Source of the DNA: Octopus sinensis
Taxonomy: Eukaryota
Assembly (NCBI RefSeq): GCF_006345805.1
Contig: NC_042999.1
Location: 113,088,001-113,152,000, forward strand
Length of the DNA stretch: 64,000 nucleotides
Direction of reading: 5' to 3'
The position numbers and the translations under genes were made by a program. Each line of letters begins with the position of its first letter. Position 1 is the stretch's first letter. Under the pieces are notes generated by a model, which was not told where the DNA came from, searched no databases, and worked only from the letters and a program-made list of their open reading frames with translations. Below are positions 40,080-54,394 of this stretch, piece by piece.

Positions 40080-40117
40080 CAGTTGAAAAGGTCTCAAAAT
40101 GACCGAAACCGGTACTG
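40080..40117 (+). ncRNA. Minimal type-I hammerhead ribozyme, U3-A8 variant (right arm)
   Basis: Identical to the left-arm motif; predicted cleavage after GUA at 40114; ACCGGU palindrome at stem III. Confidence 0.7.
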
Positions 40118-40170
40118 AAAGATTCACTATAAAATTATCTTAGCATTTTCTATTTTTGACTTGTTTTTTC

Positions 40171-40226
<56 letters not shown>

Positions 40227-40350
40227 AAAATAGAAGTTGAAATTGCACTGAGGATAGTTAAAATATTTTTTATCAATATATTTAAAGCTTTAACCGGTTT
40301 TACAATTTAAACTGATGTATATATATATATATATATATAATATATATATA

Positions 40351-40419
<69 letters not shown>

Positions 40420-41384
40420 AATGCAACTACCAATACAATGGTAGGCAGCGTATAGGTGTATACAGGTATTCGCGCGCACACGCACACACATACATACACA
40501 ATGACATAAGGGTAACTCTTAAAAATATATGTGCTTCTTCTAACAAAGTGAATAATTTTACCAGATTGATGATCTTGCATACACAAGACTTCTCTTCAAC
40601 AATACGCCCAAATCACGTAAGAAAACAAAACTCCAACGCATTTAATTTAACAAAGAAATGAAGGATTTAGCCCCTGTCCCGATGATAGATGATAAAGTAG
40701 AATATTTGGCAGCACGTCAAAATTGTACCATGTTAAAGGAGCACAGTATTAAGTTCTTAGCAGATCCTAAATGCCAGGTTATTTAACCTGCTGAAAGAGA
40801 CGTTTGTAAGACCATGATTAATACAGGAAGAAAAGATGGAAGGTAGAAGAAAGAAAAGAGAAAAAGAAGGCCGAAACGAATATATGTTAAGAGAAGCAGA
40901 GAAAAGGAGAGATTATGTATAAGTGTATAGAAAAAAAGGGGAAGCATTTGTGAATGTTTATGATGCAATATATGTATCTGGTTGCGTAACTACACATATG
41001 CATACGCATATGTGTATGTGTGTGTGTATAGAAAATGTCTTAAATTCTTTCGCTCTGTACAGCGTATCTACAGACGTTTATTGAAACCAGGTAGACATTC
41101 GTATCAATATCACTTTAATAATTCTTTCTTCACGGTACATCGAAAATCACAGACGAACATACACGCATGGGAGAGGGAGGGAGAGAAGAGAGAGTGAGAA
41201 AGAAAGGGAGAAAGATAGCGACAGAAATAGATAGATAAATAGATGGAAAGAAAGGGAGAGAGAACTTGTGCACTGAAAGAATAATAGAAAACTATATCGT
41301 TGATATTTCAAGAATTTCATTTCCCACCACCGATTCAGGAACTCTCACAGTCCTTCACCATTCTATTATTATTACTAATAGTTT

Positions 41385-42640
41385 CATTATTGATGCACGT
41401 GATGTGTTTGCATATGCACACAACATCATCGTTACAGAGCCGGGCCAGAAACATCACTGCTCAAAGGGAATACGTGGCAGTTTCAGGAGGAAATATTTAC
41501 AAGAAGTCATTGGGCCTGCATTTCGGCACTTGGAGAAGCAGGTTCATGTCCAACAGCGTAGTAGGGAGTTGAGAGAAAGGATTTATTAAATTGCTCGGCG
41601 TTTGATTTGTCTAAGTGGACAAGGACTAGCAGGATATCCTGTTTCACTCAGAAATGAGCTGAAAAGAAACCATCCCTGAAGAGTCTGTCGGAAATTATAA
41701 ATGCTTACAATGCATCCATCATATCTTGCCCCACGTCATGGCCGGCCAGAAAGGAACGCTTGCTCTTTCACTTTGTGTGCGAGGGACGTATTCAGCTGAT
41801 TACACAATCTAATTGCTGGCAACAACCCGTGGTGCTTGATGCGTAGCCACGCGCTAAGGCAACACCACCAGCGTTTCCTTGACGGCTTGCAGGCATGCTT
41901 GCCGTTTGTCAAACGCACTTTTCCGTAGCTCATCTCTTTGACAGAGCTGAAGTCCTGGGAGAAGTAGAGACAGATTGGGCGGCTGACATGAAGAATGCCA
42001 TCAAGCGCTCAGTCTTCTACCAGTTGAGCAATGCAGTTGGTGAAATTTCTATCATGGCGTCCTATAGGCGAAGAAGTATGATGTTCCTGAAGAAAATCTG
42101 AGCATCGACAAAAATCAACTGGCAGCTTCGATCCTAAGGACTTTATCTCCAAGGCTTATGTATAATTTCCAGAAATCCCTGGCCTAGTAGTGTTACAGAG
42201 GAGCATTGCCAGTTCGAGACAAACTCTGTAAACACTGCAGTGCCAACAGCCTAGCATGTCCAAGATGTGCGCGGAGCGATGAAACTGTTCTGCATGCAGA
42301 ATCTAGCGCCCGAAAATTGCTAACTTATTGGTTTATGTCAAACAGCTGCAGTCATATGTAGGACGGATCTGGCTATCAGCTAAGTCCATCATGACAACTG
42401 CTTCACCGCCTTCCTTTGGCTGGGAAGGTCAGGCAACGTTTATCTTTCTGATAGGCACAGCAAAAGAAGTTGTGTCGCGGACGAAACTGAAAGGGCTAAA
42501 GACAGGCAGTTTCCTGTTTAAACAAGTCCTTATTAACGGATTTCATTTGAAAAGAAAACTAAGAGTGGAGAGAGCAGTGTTGCCTTCTAGCAATTTTGTT
42601 GAAAGATGGATGGCAGGGTATATTATAGTCCGAGTGAGCA
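41385..42640 (+). mobile_element. Tx1/L1-clade LINE ORF2 3' fragment (RT end plus zf-RVT), degenerate
   Basis: VFAYAHNIIV (decayed YADD), EYVAVSGGNI.KKSLGLHFGTWR, CYRGALPVRDKLCKH..CPRC...ETVLHA, AKEVV...FHLKRKLRVER...FVERW. Confidence 0.85.
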
Positions 42641-42879
42641 GGCCTGCACAGAACATACACTTTCGATTAGGGAGGACCACATGGCGACGGTGATGGTGGT
42701 GGTGGTGGTGGTGGTGGGGAGCACTTACGTAAGCGGCCATGGTGAACATGTTTTTTGTTAGAAGTCTTTCCCTTATTGGGAAATTTTTGTTGCTAAAATA
42801 TTTTTCTTACCTCTTTGCCTTTATCGTAAATCCATGTACACACTTTAAATCCCTCTGCATTATCTTTGCTTTGTACCAA

Positions 42880-42883
<4 letters not shown>

Positions 42884-42912
<29 letters not shown>

Positions 42913-42965
42913 CTTCTTCTTCTTCTTCTTCTCTTCTTCTTCTTCTTCTTCTTCTTCTTCTTCTT

Positions 42966-43022
<57 letters not shown>
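42884..43022. repeat. (CTT)n-(TTA)n trinucleotide tract
   Basis: Seen directly. Confidence 0.95.
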
Positions 43023-43024
<2 letters not shown>

Positions 43025-43240
43025 GGCAGCGAGCTGGCAGAATCGTTAGCGCTCCAAGTAAAATGCTTAGCGGTATTTCATCTGTCTTTGTGCTCTAAGT
43101 TCAAATTCTGCCGAGGTCAACTTTACCTTTCATCCTTTCGAGGTCGATAAATTAAGTACCAGTGAAACATACAAGTGAAACACTTGGGTCAATATAATCG
43201 ACTATCCTCCTCCCCCAAATTTCAGGCTTTGTGTTTGAAT
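43023..43240 (+). mobile_element. SINE family A inserted in a (TTA)n tract
   Basis: Consensus match with (TTA)n on both sides. Confidence 0.9.
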
Positions 43241-43244
43241 AAAA

Positions 43245-43900
<656 letters not shown>

Positions 43901-46703
43901 GAAGCATCAACGCTTCTTTTTTTTCGTTCCAATTCATGACTGTATTTCACGCATTACAAAATGAAAACTCTTTGGAGGTATGGTGCAGGCTTGGCTGTGT
44001 GGTTAAGAAGCTCGTTTTGCAATCACGTGGCTTCGGGTTCTGTCTCACTGTTTTTACCGATTGTATTTTATTTGCTTACATATTTTAACGACATTTCTCT
44101 TTTAAAATGTATACCAAAGGAACCTATCGAACAACCAAAGTAAACATAATTGTATGCAGTGATTACAAAATCATATTGCACTACAAAAAATGAACACTTA
44201 CAACGAAAGAAGAAAAAAAATGCATATTTAATAGAAAAAGAAAGGAACACAAAGCCTACTCCATCTCTTTTGTTGCATACATAGTTTTTATATTTGACAA
44301 GAGTCAGAGAGAAATAATTAATTAAGACAGTGTTTTCCTTGCCCCAAGATTCAGCTATGGTGGCAGCTTTCAATTATCGACGAAATATTTAGACAATACA
44401 CTGCATGGAATTTTGGAAGAAATTGTAACATAACTTTGTAGCATGACCTTTGTAGCATAACCTTTGTAGCATATATTATATTACAATTTGTTGCACTTTC
44501 AAGAATGAAGACCCAACCAAAACATATTGGCCAAAATTCTTGTATTTCCGCTTATACACTCCAGCACAAAGAATGAAGAAATACGAGGAACATTGAAACT
44601 ATGTAGATCCAAGGCTGGTAGTTATTTTTGTATCAGCAGTATATACGGATTGTTAAAGCAGTGATATATGGTTACGTGAGGCCATATGGATTTGCATATC
44701 TTAACGAACTTCGAAGACCATCAGGCAATGTCAGGACTGTGCCTTGTTGAAAGTGCTGAAACGAAGTGTATGAGATTGATAGTATAAGACCTAGTTGCTA
44801 CATATATACTACTAAGAGCCATCTGAGAATATTTTATCCCAAAGAACTGGCAAAACTTAGAAAGTAAATGAGAAAGGAAAGTAGCGGAGCGTAACCAAGA
44901 GAACAAGAAGAGCAAGCCCCAATTTTCAGAGCACGATCAGTTACAGCTCTAGAATTGTAAGGAGAGGTTACCTTCTATTCAGTCCAGGAAACAAGTGAGC
45001 TGATGCAGTGTCTCTTAACACTGCAATCAGCAACGCCATTCTACGGTTGTATGACAAGGAAGAGGCAATAGTTGCCGAGGAAAGTATCGAAACTATGAAA
45101 ATCAGAGAAAGAAATCACACACACAAAAGTGAATAGCAATGACGGCGAGAACAATGAACTGAAATCCAGCAACATCTAATAAACAGAATCATGTATCTGT
45201 GGCGCAAACGATCTCCTGATGATATAAAAATGACAGAAGTGCAGTTAGGGCTGGAATAAAGAAGACTCGCAATGAACAAGTTGTTGGCAAAAACAATGCA
45301 AATATATTCCGACAAGCTGAAATATTGTTATCTTGAAGACGTGAGTTGCTATTCATTCTAACCAACTCAAAAAATGTTAACAAATATCTTTGGTTGCACG
45401 TGACATTTTAAACGGAACATTAACATAAAGCTCACCGGCCTCGGAGGTTGGTAAAGTTTGGATGAAGGGGTGAAAACATTGTCAGTAGTTTTTCAATAAT
45501 CTCAAGATATCTTATAATTTTTATTAATATTCTTTTTTTCTCCATGACATTTCATCACTTTGGATGTTATCATCTTAATCATATAAATATTAAATTTCAT
45601 AATTATTTTAATTGTCGTTAGCAATATTAATTTTTCTCCTATCATTCAGTAGTTTATTTTAATCAGTATTTTATTAATTTTTCTCCTTTTTTTTTCATGA
45701 AAGGTTTTCAAATATTATTGCTTTCATGTCTAATTATTATCATTATTTCTAACTTTGGCATCTATAAATTGGTGTATATTTCGATTTTCACTTAATTCTG
45801 ATCTCAGCTGAAACACGATAAGTATAGAAATACTTAAAGTATGCGATAAGCTCATGTCTCTTAAGTAAATGAATACATACTCAACTTTAATAATATATTA
45901 AGTCCTTTAATGAACTATAGACATCTTGAATTCCTCTCTAAGACTTTGACAAATTACATATGCGTATTAATATAAATATTTATATCTGTATCTATCGACA
46001 CACACACACACACACCCATGAACGCACACGTACGAACAAACACACACACACATACACATATGTATGTATAATTGTGTATATACATGCAGATATAGATACA
46101 TACATATATACAAACGCATATAGACATACTAATATATATGCGTGTATATGTATGTGTGTGTGTGAGTAAGACTTTGGGTTATGTCTGTGTGCATTTAAGT
46201 GCCTGTTCATGTGTGCGTGTATGTGTGAGTATTTGTTGATGAGTGTGTGCGTCAATGTCCATGCCAGCCAACTAACCAACTAACCAGCCAGTCAATATCT
46301 ATGCTGTGCAGGTATATTTGTACGCAAGTCTTTATTTATGATAGTGAGATTGACATGAAAGAGAGCAATATTGACGTAAAAGACAAAAAAAAAAAAAGGA
46401 AAAGAAAAAAAAACTAAACATTCTAACAATGTATATTTTAACAGCAAGTAGGTGTTTAAGAGGCAAAAGATCTTTAAGAAGTTGTAGATATTTAAAAAGA
46501 GGACACCTTTTATTGATTAATGATTTTATGGAAGCATGATGAAGAAATTTTCCTTTCGAAACATTTGATTTTCAAAGGAATACATTTTTTCCTTTTATTT
46601 TTTTCATTTTGTTTTGACACTATGTTTAGATATATGTATTTGAGCTTGTATACATATATGCATACGTGCATACATACACACTTCAATTTATATGTATGCA
46701 TTC

Positions 46704-46757
<54 letters not shown>

Positions 46758-47559
46758 ACATTTATATACATATATGCATTTTCTACATATATATATATAA
46801 ATGTATGTATGTGTATACATGTATGCATGTACACACACACACACACACACACACACATATGTATATAAGTAAGCATGCATGAGTGTCTGTGTCTGTGTGC
46901 GTGTGTGTGTGTACGTGCATCTGCATGTGTCTCTGTATATTTTTCCTTCCAACATGTTGCATTCAACACTCGATAACATTTAACGTCTACGAAAAGTGTC
47001 TTGTGCTCTTTTCTTAAGTTTGTACACCTGTATGTGTGTGTGTGTGTGTGTGTGTGTGCTGGTGCATGTGTGTTTGTGTCTTGGTGTGTCTGTGTATGCA
47101 CTTGCATGTCTATGTGTGTTGATAACATAAACATCCTAAACAGAATTGTATAAAAAAAGACTTATAAAATAAAGACTAATATAAACATAGTTTACTGCAC
47201 CCGAGGAATAAACAGAAAAAATACTGTTCGCTGAAGTAACTCGGACTTGAAATTCTAAACCCATGATGATAACGTTACCAATAACATCACTACCATAATC
47301 CTGATTGCTAACTTACAAAACCGCTTTAATGAAAAAAGAAACAACTACCGCTAACACCCAATTCATCTTGAAGATGAGACCAACGATGTCTAGAAACGGT
47401 GACATAGCTACGTGAATTATTATTCGAAATTAAAGATAGAGTAATAACATGGTAATGTGATAAATCATCAGTAAAATGACCAAGCTTATACTCGAATAAA
47501 GTTCGAGTTCTTCAATTCGACACACAAATACACACACGCAAGCACACAGATACACACAT

Positions 47560-47624
<65 letters not shown>

Positions 47625-49280
47625 AAGGAAAGACAGAAGTAGATGGGAATATATTGGTCAGAGAGAGATACACATATGTATTTAGACACAAAAGTTATAA
47701 AATAAAAGAATCATAATATTTTAAAGCGTTGCGTTTGGTTGTATGTATAACCACTATATAAAATTGTATGTTATGCAATAATAAAGTTTAGTCGTTCTGA
47801 ATATCGATAACGGAAATCAAGGAAACAACGGCGAAAAATCTATTTAAAATTCTTATCATTTTTTCACTTTATTTTCAGAGCTTTATATCCTGTGTTCGAA
47901 TCCCGCCGTGGACGCTCACTACAGGGTATCGATAGTATCGTTTAACTCCTTTCCCCACATAATTTTCTGGCTTTGTGTCTATACTAGAAACCATTATTAA
48001 CTCCATATTAATACTCAGTCTTCCACACACACACACGTACATACACACACACACAGCTAATATATATACATGGATATACATATACTCACATGTCGAACTC
48101 TTGCATTCTTTTTACAGGGAGGGGCTAATACCAGTTATCCAAAATCTTACCTATTTGCAGGGAATTCTTTAGGAACGTCTCGCTGGCCATTTCTCATTGT
48201 TTGCTTCGTGTGTATGGGATAATCCCTGTTCCTTCGGCGAGGAAACGATTTGGCGCTGTAACAACCTAATTCTTTGAGATAAATGCGTTGAGTCCCAGCA
48301 AATATTTACAGAGTCACCTGCATACTTCAATGAAACTCTGATAAGAAGACTTGCAAGGAAGATTCAACACATAGAACAATCACCTGCCCAGGGCAGAAAT
48401 AGAATTAGAAGTAGGCGTATAAATAAAAATATTAATTTAATCCACCATTTAACCTTACAGTAGACTGCAGGAACTAAAATCTTCATTCAACTGATTAAAA
48501 GGCACTTCACAACACAGATGCTACCAAGTTTTCAACAGAAATGTCATTAAACTCTCCAATTCCATCTTTGGCAAATTTCCTTCAAACCCTCGCTTCCTTC
48601 AGTCTTAAGTTGTATGGATAAAATAAACAAGTACCTGTTAACAACTGCAACTGTCACAAACCGAATACATGTGCACTTAACTTCAATTATCTAGCATAAA
48701 ATATTTGCAAACGCTTTGTTTAAATCCACAACCCCCTAACTTAATCATTTGTCTTTTCATGTTCAGTATAAGCGACCATTTAATGGACTATGGCTTCCTC
48801 TAAATTTGTAAATATGTGCCATTGATGCACGATAAACAATAGTTCAGCTTGTGCAAGAATCCCCATTGCAAGGATCATACAAAATCTAACGTAGTAAGGA
48901 AGAAAACAATACTAGTTTATGACTAATGTTATTTTAATAATTTGATCATGTATGGGAGACAGCATATATGTTTCTGTATTGTCATGATTTCATCGGGCAA
49001 GCATAAACTTCATGTACTTACATAAGTAAATGTAGAAGACTAACGTAGAAAAATGGAATTGATTTGAAAGTAAGGAGTCTGGTTGTGAGAAATGAGATTG
49101 CGGTAGACTATGTACTTTACAATACAAAATTTCGTATATCTACGATCTGATTTTGAATCTAGCTGGGGTCAGTTTTGGTTTTTATCTATGTGAGATCCAA
49201 TTGAATTAACTTCTCGTTTAATATAGGACTTATACAAATAAAACAAGCAAAAACCAAAACATTAAAAAACAGAAGCAATA

Positions 49281-50300
49281 TCAATATCTATAAAGCTGAA
49301 ATGCGAAAAATTTATTTGTCTCATTTTGGGATGGGAACGGTCTAAGGGCCGGTAGATGGGGTCGGATTGGCGCCAAAATTTACAGGGGCATGTAAAAAGA
49401 GGCGAGGAGGCGACTGGACTAGGTTAGAAACCCCTTTCTCAAAAGCCGTGGTTACTAGGGCAACAAAACCCAGACTTTGACAAGTGTTTGTCGTGTCTCC
49501 CTTTCGGATATCACCCTGTCTTCCTCGATCACTCTCTTTCCTTCCTTCTCTCTACTTTTCATCAATATCTATAAAGCTGAAATGCAAAGAAGTTGTTTGA
49601 TTTCTTGGTTATTTGTCTCATTTTGGGATGGGAACGGTTTAAGGGGAGATAAATGGGGTCGGATTGGCGTCAAAATTTACACTGTGGGGTAAAATGGGGT
49701 GGGCAAGGGTGTGAGGAGGGTTGCAAGTCGTTCGGGGCTACTGTTTGGTTGCCATGGCGAGGAACATGGGAAAAATTGAGTTTTATGGGATAGACAGGTT
49801 GCGCTGTTTGAATAATTATGGCTTTTCGTGTTGCTGCAAGGGCTAGAGGCGGTTATCTTTAACTGTGGGTGTAAAAATTTGGGGGATTTTGGAAAGGGGG
49901 GTAAAATGTTTCAACTTTTAAAAAGAGTACATTTTTGCCCTATTTTTAGATTTAATTTTTTTCTGTTTGCATTATTTGGTTGACATGGGTAAAAATGACA
50001 TTGTGTTAAAGGCCAAAATTTTAGCTTTCATTTGCATCATGAACCGTCAAAATATACCAGACAAAAGTATCAAATTTCACAAAATTTTAAGTAATTTTGA
50101 ATTACTTTTGTGATTTTACGTGCACGCGAAAGAGAAAGCGAGGGAGAGTCCGAGAGAAAGAAAGAGTAAGAGAGTGGGAAAGTGAGAGAGAAAGTAGAGA
50201 GAAACAAAGAGGGAGAATGTGGCGATAAGAAACAGAAAAGAAGCAACAGAAAGTAACAACCACACCCTCACCGCGCGTAGAGCGGGTCACCTTAAGCTAG
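49281..50300 (+). mobile_element. Non-autonomous Helitron-like element with a duplicated 5' module
   Basis: a|TCaatatctataaagctgaaatg starts at 49281 and again at 49562; 3' hairpin ccgc-gcgtaga-gcgg ~11 nt before CTAG|T (50297-50300). Confidence 0.75.
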
Positions 50301-52031
50301 TTATCTATATTTTTCAAGCTGACAATGTATATAGATATGGACAATGTTTCGATATTATGTTAATTCTTTTAAGTTAATGTCTGATGAATACTTCGATATG
50401 TTTCCGGTAAAACTTTTTAAGGGGTTTGTACGGTTTTACTCCATATCAATACATTCTGGTTAATATGCAAATCTTTCCTTTCGTTACTACTCATGTTGGG
50501 ACTGGGTAACAATATCTGTTACTAAATCGTCCAGATTTGTTTATCTTCCAAAATACAAATATTCGGTGTTAGTATTTTAGGTGCACTTTTGAAAGCTATT
50601 TGCTTGTTGAGGGAGATTTGACAGTTCAAACAGATCAAGCAACTCCGTAAAATCTACCTTTCTGATTTGAATCATGATTGCAATAACATCTTAGAGTACG
50701 AAATATTATTTTTAGCATCAAATCCATAATGGTACCTAATTCCTGACCTTCAACGACACGGCTTTAATAGCGGTTCGATACATTCTCGTATTCCTTTGAA
50801 CGCACAATCGTCTTAGTGAAAGCGTGTGTATTTTCGTAAATTCGTGTGCAAACAAACATATATTCAAGTTTTTATAGCAATAAATCGATATTATATTAAT
50901 AAAAAATAGATGTGTGAACTACTTGGGTAAAATGCTTCAAAGATACAACATACTACACCATACAATATAGTAGTAACAAAATGTGTAAACTGCTTCGATA
51001 TAAATGCAACTATACAATCTAATGTAACTCTTCTGTGAACAAGTAATGAACAGAGTCTGTGTCAGTCTCTTATATTAAAACTACTGAACCATGAAAAGTC
51101 TATTGTGTGAATTAATGAGTAAAGTAAGGAAATGAAATTTACTGAAAAACATAAACAAAATAGAAACAAAATATGTTTCAATACAGTATTTATGTTTGAT
51201 AACAATTTAGTTTCTGCCCTGAAAGTTTATTGTTTGGTAATGTTGATATTATTTTACCAACATTTCATTAATTATAGAACTAAGTATATAACATTTATTG
51301 CTTCTATAGGTTTCCAAATATTTGTTAAATAACATCTATATTACATCTCTATAGAAGCGTCTGATATATTTTTCTAGTTTTAATCATCACAAGCTATTTA
51401 TCTAACTTAACTATACAAAACAAATCAATGTTTATTTTCATTAAATATCACATAACTTCATTGTAACCACTTGTTTATATTTCTATTTAACTGTTTCAGT
51501 GGGTAGTCAACTTGACACAAAGGCAAAGGTGTCATTGATGAAGCTTGGAAGCAACAACCATGAATCTTACGATTCTGAGAATTATATTTGATGGATCCAA
51601 CTACGCGTCTACCTCATAATCTTCAGGAGCTTTGAAAATAAATAGACATCAGTATGATTAAACTCATTAGAAATGGAGATGAATGTGTTTGACTTCACGG
51701 TTGAGGAACCGACAATTTTTGATCGAATCTTTAACATATTTTCTTGGCGGGAGATTACATAAACCAATGTGGTTTAAAGGAACTAGTCATATGACATTTA
51801 GGAAAAGGGAAAGAAAAACAAGAAAACAATGGCCCATCGGTATTTTCTGCAATATATACCTTTAGTGAAAGTTTACTTCCGTCCAGGAAGCCAGCAGGCA
51901 CAGTGTACTATTTGAAAATGCAATGCCAATATGCAGTTAGGAACACATAAAAACTGTTGAAAGGAAAAAGAAAAAAAAATGGTGACTGGTACATATATAT
52001 GTGTATGTGTGTGTATGTGCGTGTGTGTATG

Positions 52032-52057
52032 GGAGTGGCTGTGAAAGAAGCCCGTCG

Positions 52058-52105
<48 letters not shown>

Positions 52106-52308
52106 TATATGTTTGTCTCCCCACCATCACTTGACAACCGATGTTGATATGTTACGACTCCGTAACTTAGCGATTCGGCTAAAGACACGATAGAATAAGT
52201 ACTAGACTTGAAAAGAATAAGTCTTGGAGTCGATTTCTTCAGCTGAAAGCGGTGCTCTAGCATGGCCGCAGTCATTTTACTGAACCAAATAAGAGAATAA
52301 AAGAATAT
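52032..52308 (+). mobile_element. SINE family B, internally deleted
   Basis: Head ggagtggctgtg is joined directly to aaagaagcccgtcg; the 3' half and aagaataaaagaata tail are intact. Confidence 0.85.
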
Positions 52309-52355
52309 AAATATATATATTATATATATACATATACATACATACATACATATAC

Positions 52356-52426
<71 letters not shown>

Positions 52427-52609
52427 TATATGTTACATATATGGCAAATGAAAGACGAAAGATGGAATATACGAGAATGTATTATTAATCGCGACAATTG
52501 TATCGACACATCTAGTATCGATTCATTTGCCATATACCTAACGATCACTGTGAAAGTGATTGTGCTTTACCAGTAAGCTACCAGATGTAAACCATTTGTT
52601 TTATTATCC

Positions 52610-52652
<43 letters not shown>

Positions 52653-52680
52653 ACACACAACACACACACACACAGATTAT

Positions 52681-53123
52681 ATTCTTTTATTTTTTTATTT
52701 GCTTCAGACTGCGGCCATGCTGGAGCACTGCCTTTAGTCGAGCATATAGACCCCAGACCTTATTCTTTGTAACCCTAGTATTTATTCTATCGGTCTCTTT
52801 CGCTGAACCGCTAGACTACGGGGACGTAAACACACTAGCATCGGTTGTCAAGTGATGTTGAGAGGACAAACACAGATACACAAATATACCAAACACACAA
52901 ATATACACACGCACATGCATATACATACATACACACGCACACACACATGTATATGCATACGATGGGCTTCTTTCAGTTTCCGTCTGCCAAATCCACACAC
53001 AGTACTTTGTTCGGCCCGAGGCTGTAGTAGAAGACAATTGCCCAAGATGCCATTCAGTGGGAGTGAACCCGGAACCATGTGATTGGTAAGCAAGCTACTT
53101 ATCGCACAGCCACTACTGTGCCT
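52681..53123 (-). mobile_element. SINE family B, full length
   Basis: Matches 28244-28691 throughout. Confidence 0.9.
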
Positions 53124-53171
53124 ATGGTTACTCCTGCGCCTATGCCTACTCCGGCGCCATACATATATATA

Positions 53172-53670
53172 CTAGTATAGTATAGCCCGGATTTACCCGG
53201 GATTAAGTTAGGATTATTAAGCTAATCAAGCTTTTTATTTCGAACCAAACTAAATAACATCGACGTCAAATTTGAGCGAAATCCGTTGAAATTGGTAAAC
53301 TTTTGGCTGAAAATGAGTTGCAGACAATTTGATTGGGAAATCTCATAAGGAATCGGTTTATCGATTTTTTGCACTCATCGATTGTTTTTCTTTCGCTTTT
53401 GGAGAACTTAAAGCATTCAAAGATCCCATGAGTCCTAAGTAATGCTGGCATCAAGTTTGAACAAAATACATCAAAATTGGTAAAAGTTATGGTTGAAAAT
53501 GGGGTGTAGCCAATTTTAGTGGGAAATCCTATAAGGAATCGGTTTATCGATTTTTTAAAGTTCTGATTAAATGGAAAATCCCATAAGGAATCAGTTTATT
53601 GATTTTTCACCCCAAATAAGACGTAACCGAACACAACATTGCTGATTCAAAAACATCTATATTTATACTT
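53172..53670 (-). mobile_element. Non-autonomous Helitron-like element with three ~35-bp internal repeats
   Basis: Minus-strand 3' end cccgg-gtaaat-ccggg..CTAG|T at 53172; gg(g)aaatc(c/t)(c/t)ataaggaatc(g/a)gtttat(c/t)gatttt near 53336, 53521 and 53573. Confidence 0.75.
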
Positions 53671-53920
53671 TAAAGTTGGTTTTCACACCCAGTTCTGCAG
53701 AATCAGTGTCGCGACGGGAGCGCATGGGCTGGGAGTTTGATCGGCAGACGTGGTCAGGTTGCACATGCCAGCCATTTTGAAAACACCACGCCCATCATCT
53801 AACCCTCCTCCTTTGCACATGGTTGGGAACCCTTCCAGCAAGGAAAATAGAACGCCCAAAAGGGCTCCCAATCCTCTGTGTCAGAAGCGATTATGCTCAG
53901 ATCACAACTATATATATATG

Positions 53921-54226
53921 TGGAGGCGCAATAGCCCAGTGGTTAAGGCAAGGACTCGCGGTTGTAGGATCGCGGTTTCGATTCCCAGACCAGGCGTTGT
54001 GAGTGTTTATTGAGCGAAAACACCTAAAGCTCCGCGAGTCTCCGGCAAGGGGTGGTGGCGATCCCTGCTGTACTCTTTCGCCGCAACTTTCTCTCACTCT
54101 TTCTTCTGTTGGCCTGCTCGCTTAGCCAGCGGGGTGGCGTCATTTGAAGGCTAAAACAATGTGAAGCGCATTGTGACCAGCGATGTGTAGCAATATGTAA
54201 TAGCCTGGTCGGTCACGGTGATCACG

Positions 54227-54230
<4 letters not shown>
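53921..54230 (+). mobile_element. tRNA-derived SINE family C, (TA)n on both sides
   Basis: A box tagcccagtgg, B box ggtttcgattcc; near-identical body at 60503-60805. Confidence 0.9.
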
Positions 54231-54304
<74 letters not shown>

Positions 54305-54394
54305 ATACACACACACACACACATACATACATACATACATACATACATACATCATACATACATACATACATACATACATACATAAATATATATA

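Larger units (their letters stand above)
38730..40316. repeat. ~1.6-kb palindrome: arms 38730-39525 and 39540-40316, 14-bp spacer (tattctcccttctc); inverted Penelope pLTR-like pair
   Basis: Base-by-base reverse complementarity, including a compound GAA/GAT/GGT microsatellite; explains the mirror ORFs 39287-39715(-) and 39380-39811(+). Confidence 0.97.

Noticed and set aside
48151-48383. Exon-like segment with splice signals on both strands
   Set aside because: There are stops in all frames and no recognisable product.
53921-54000. tRNA gene calls for tRNA-like heads (also 60503, 47890 and all family A/B heads)
   Set aside because: A/B boxes are present, but each continues into a shared SINE body and lacks a complete cloverleaf.
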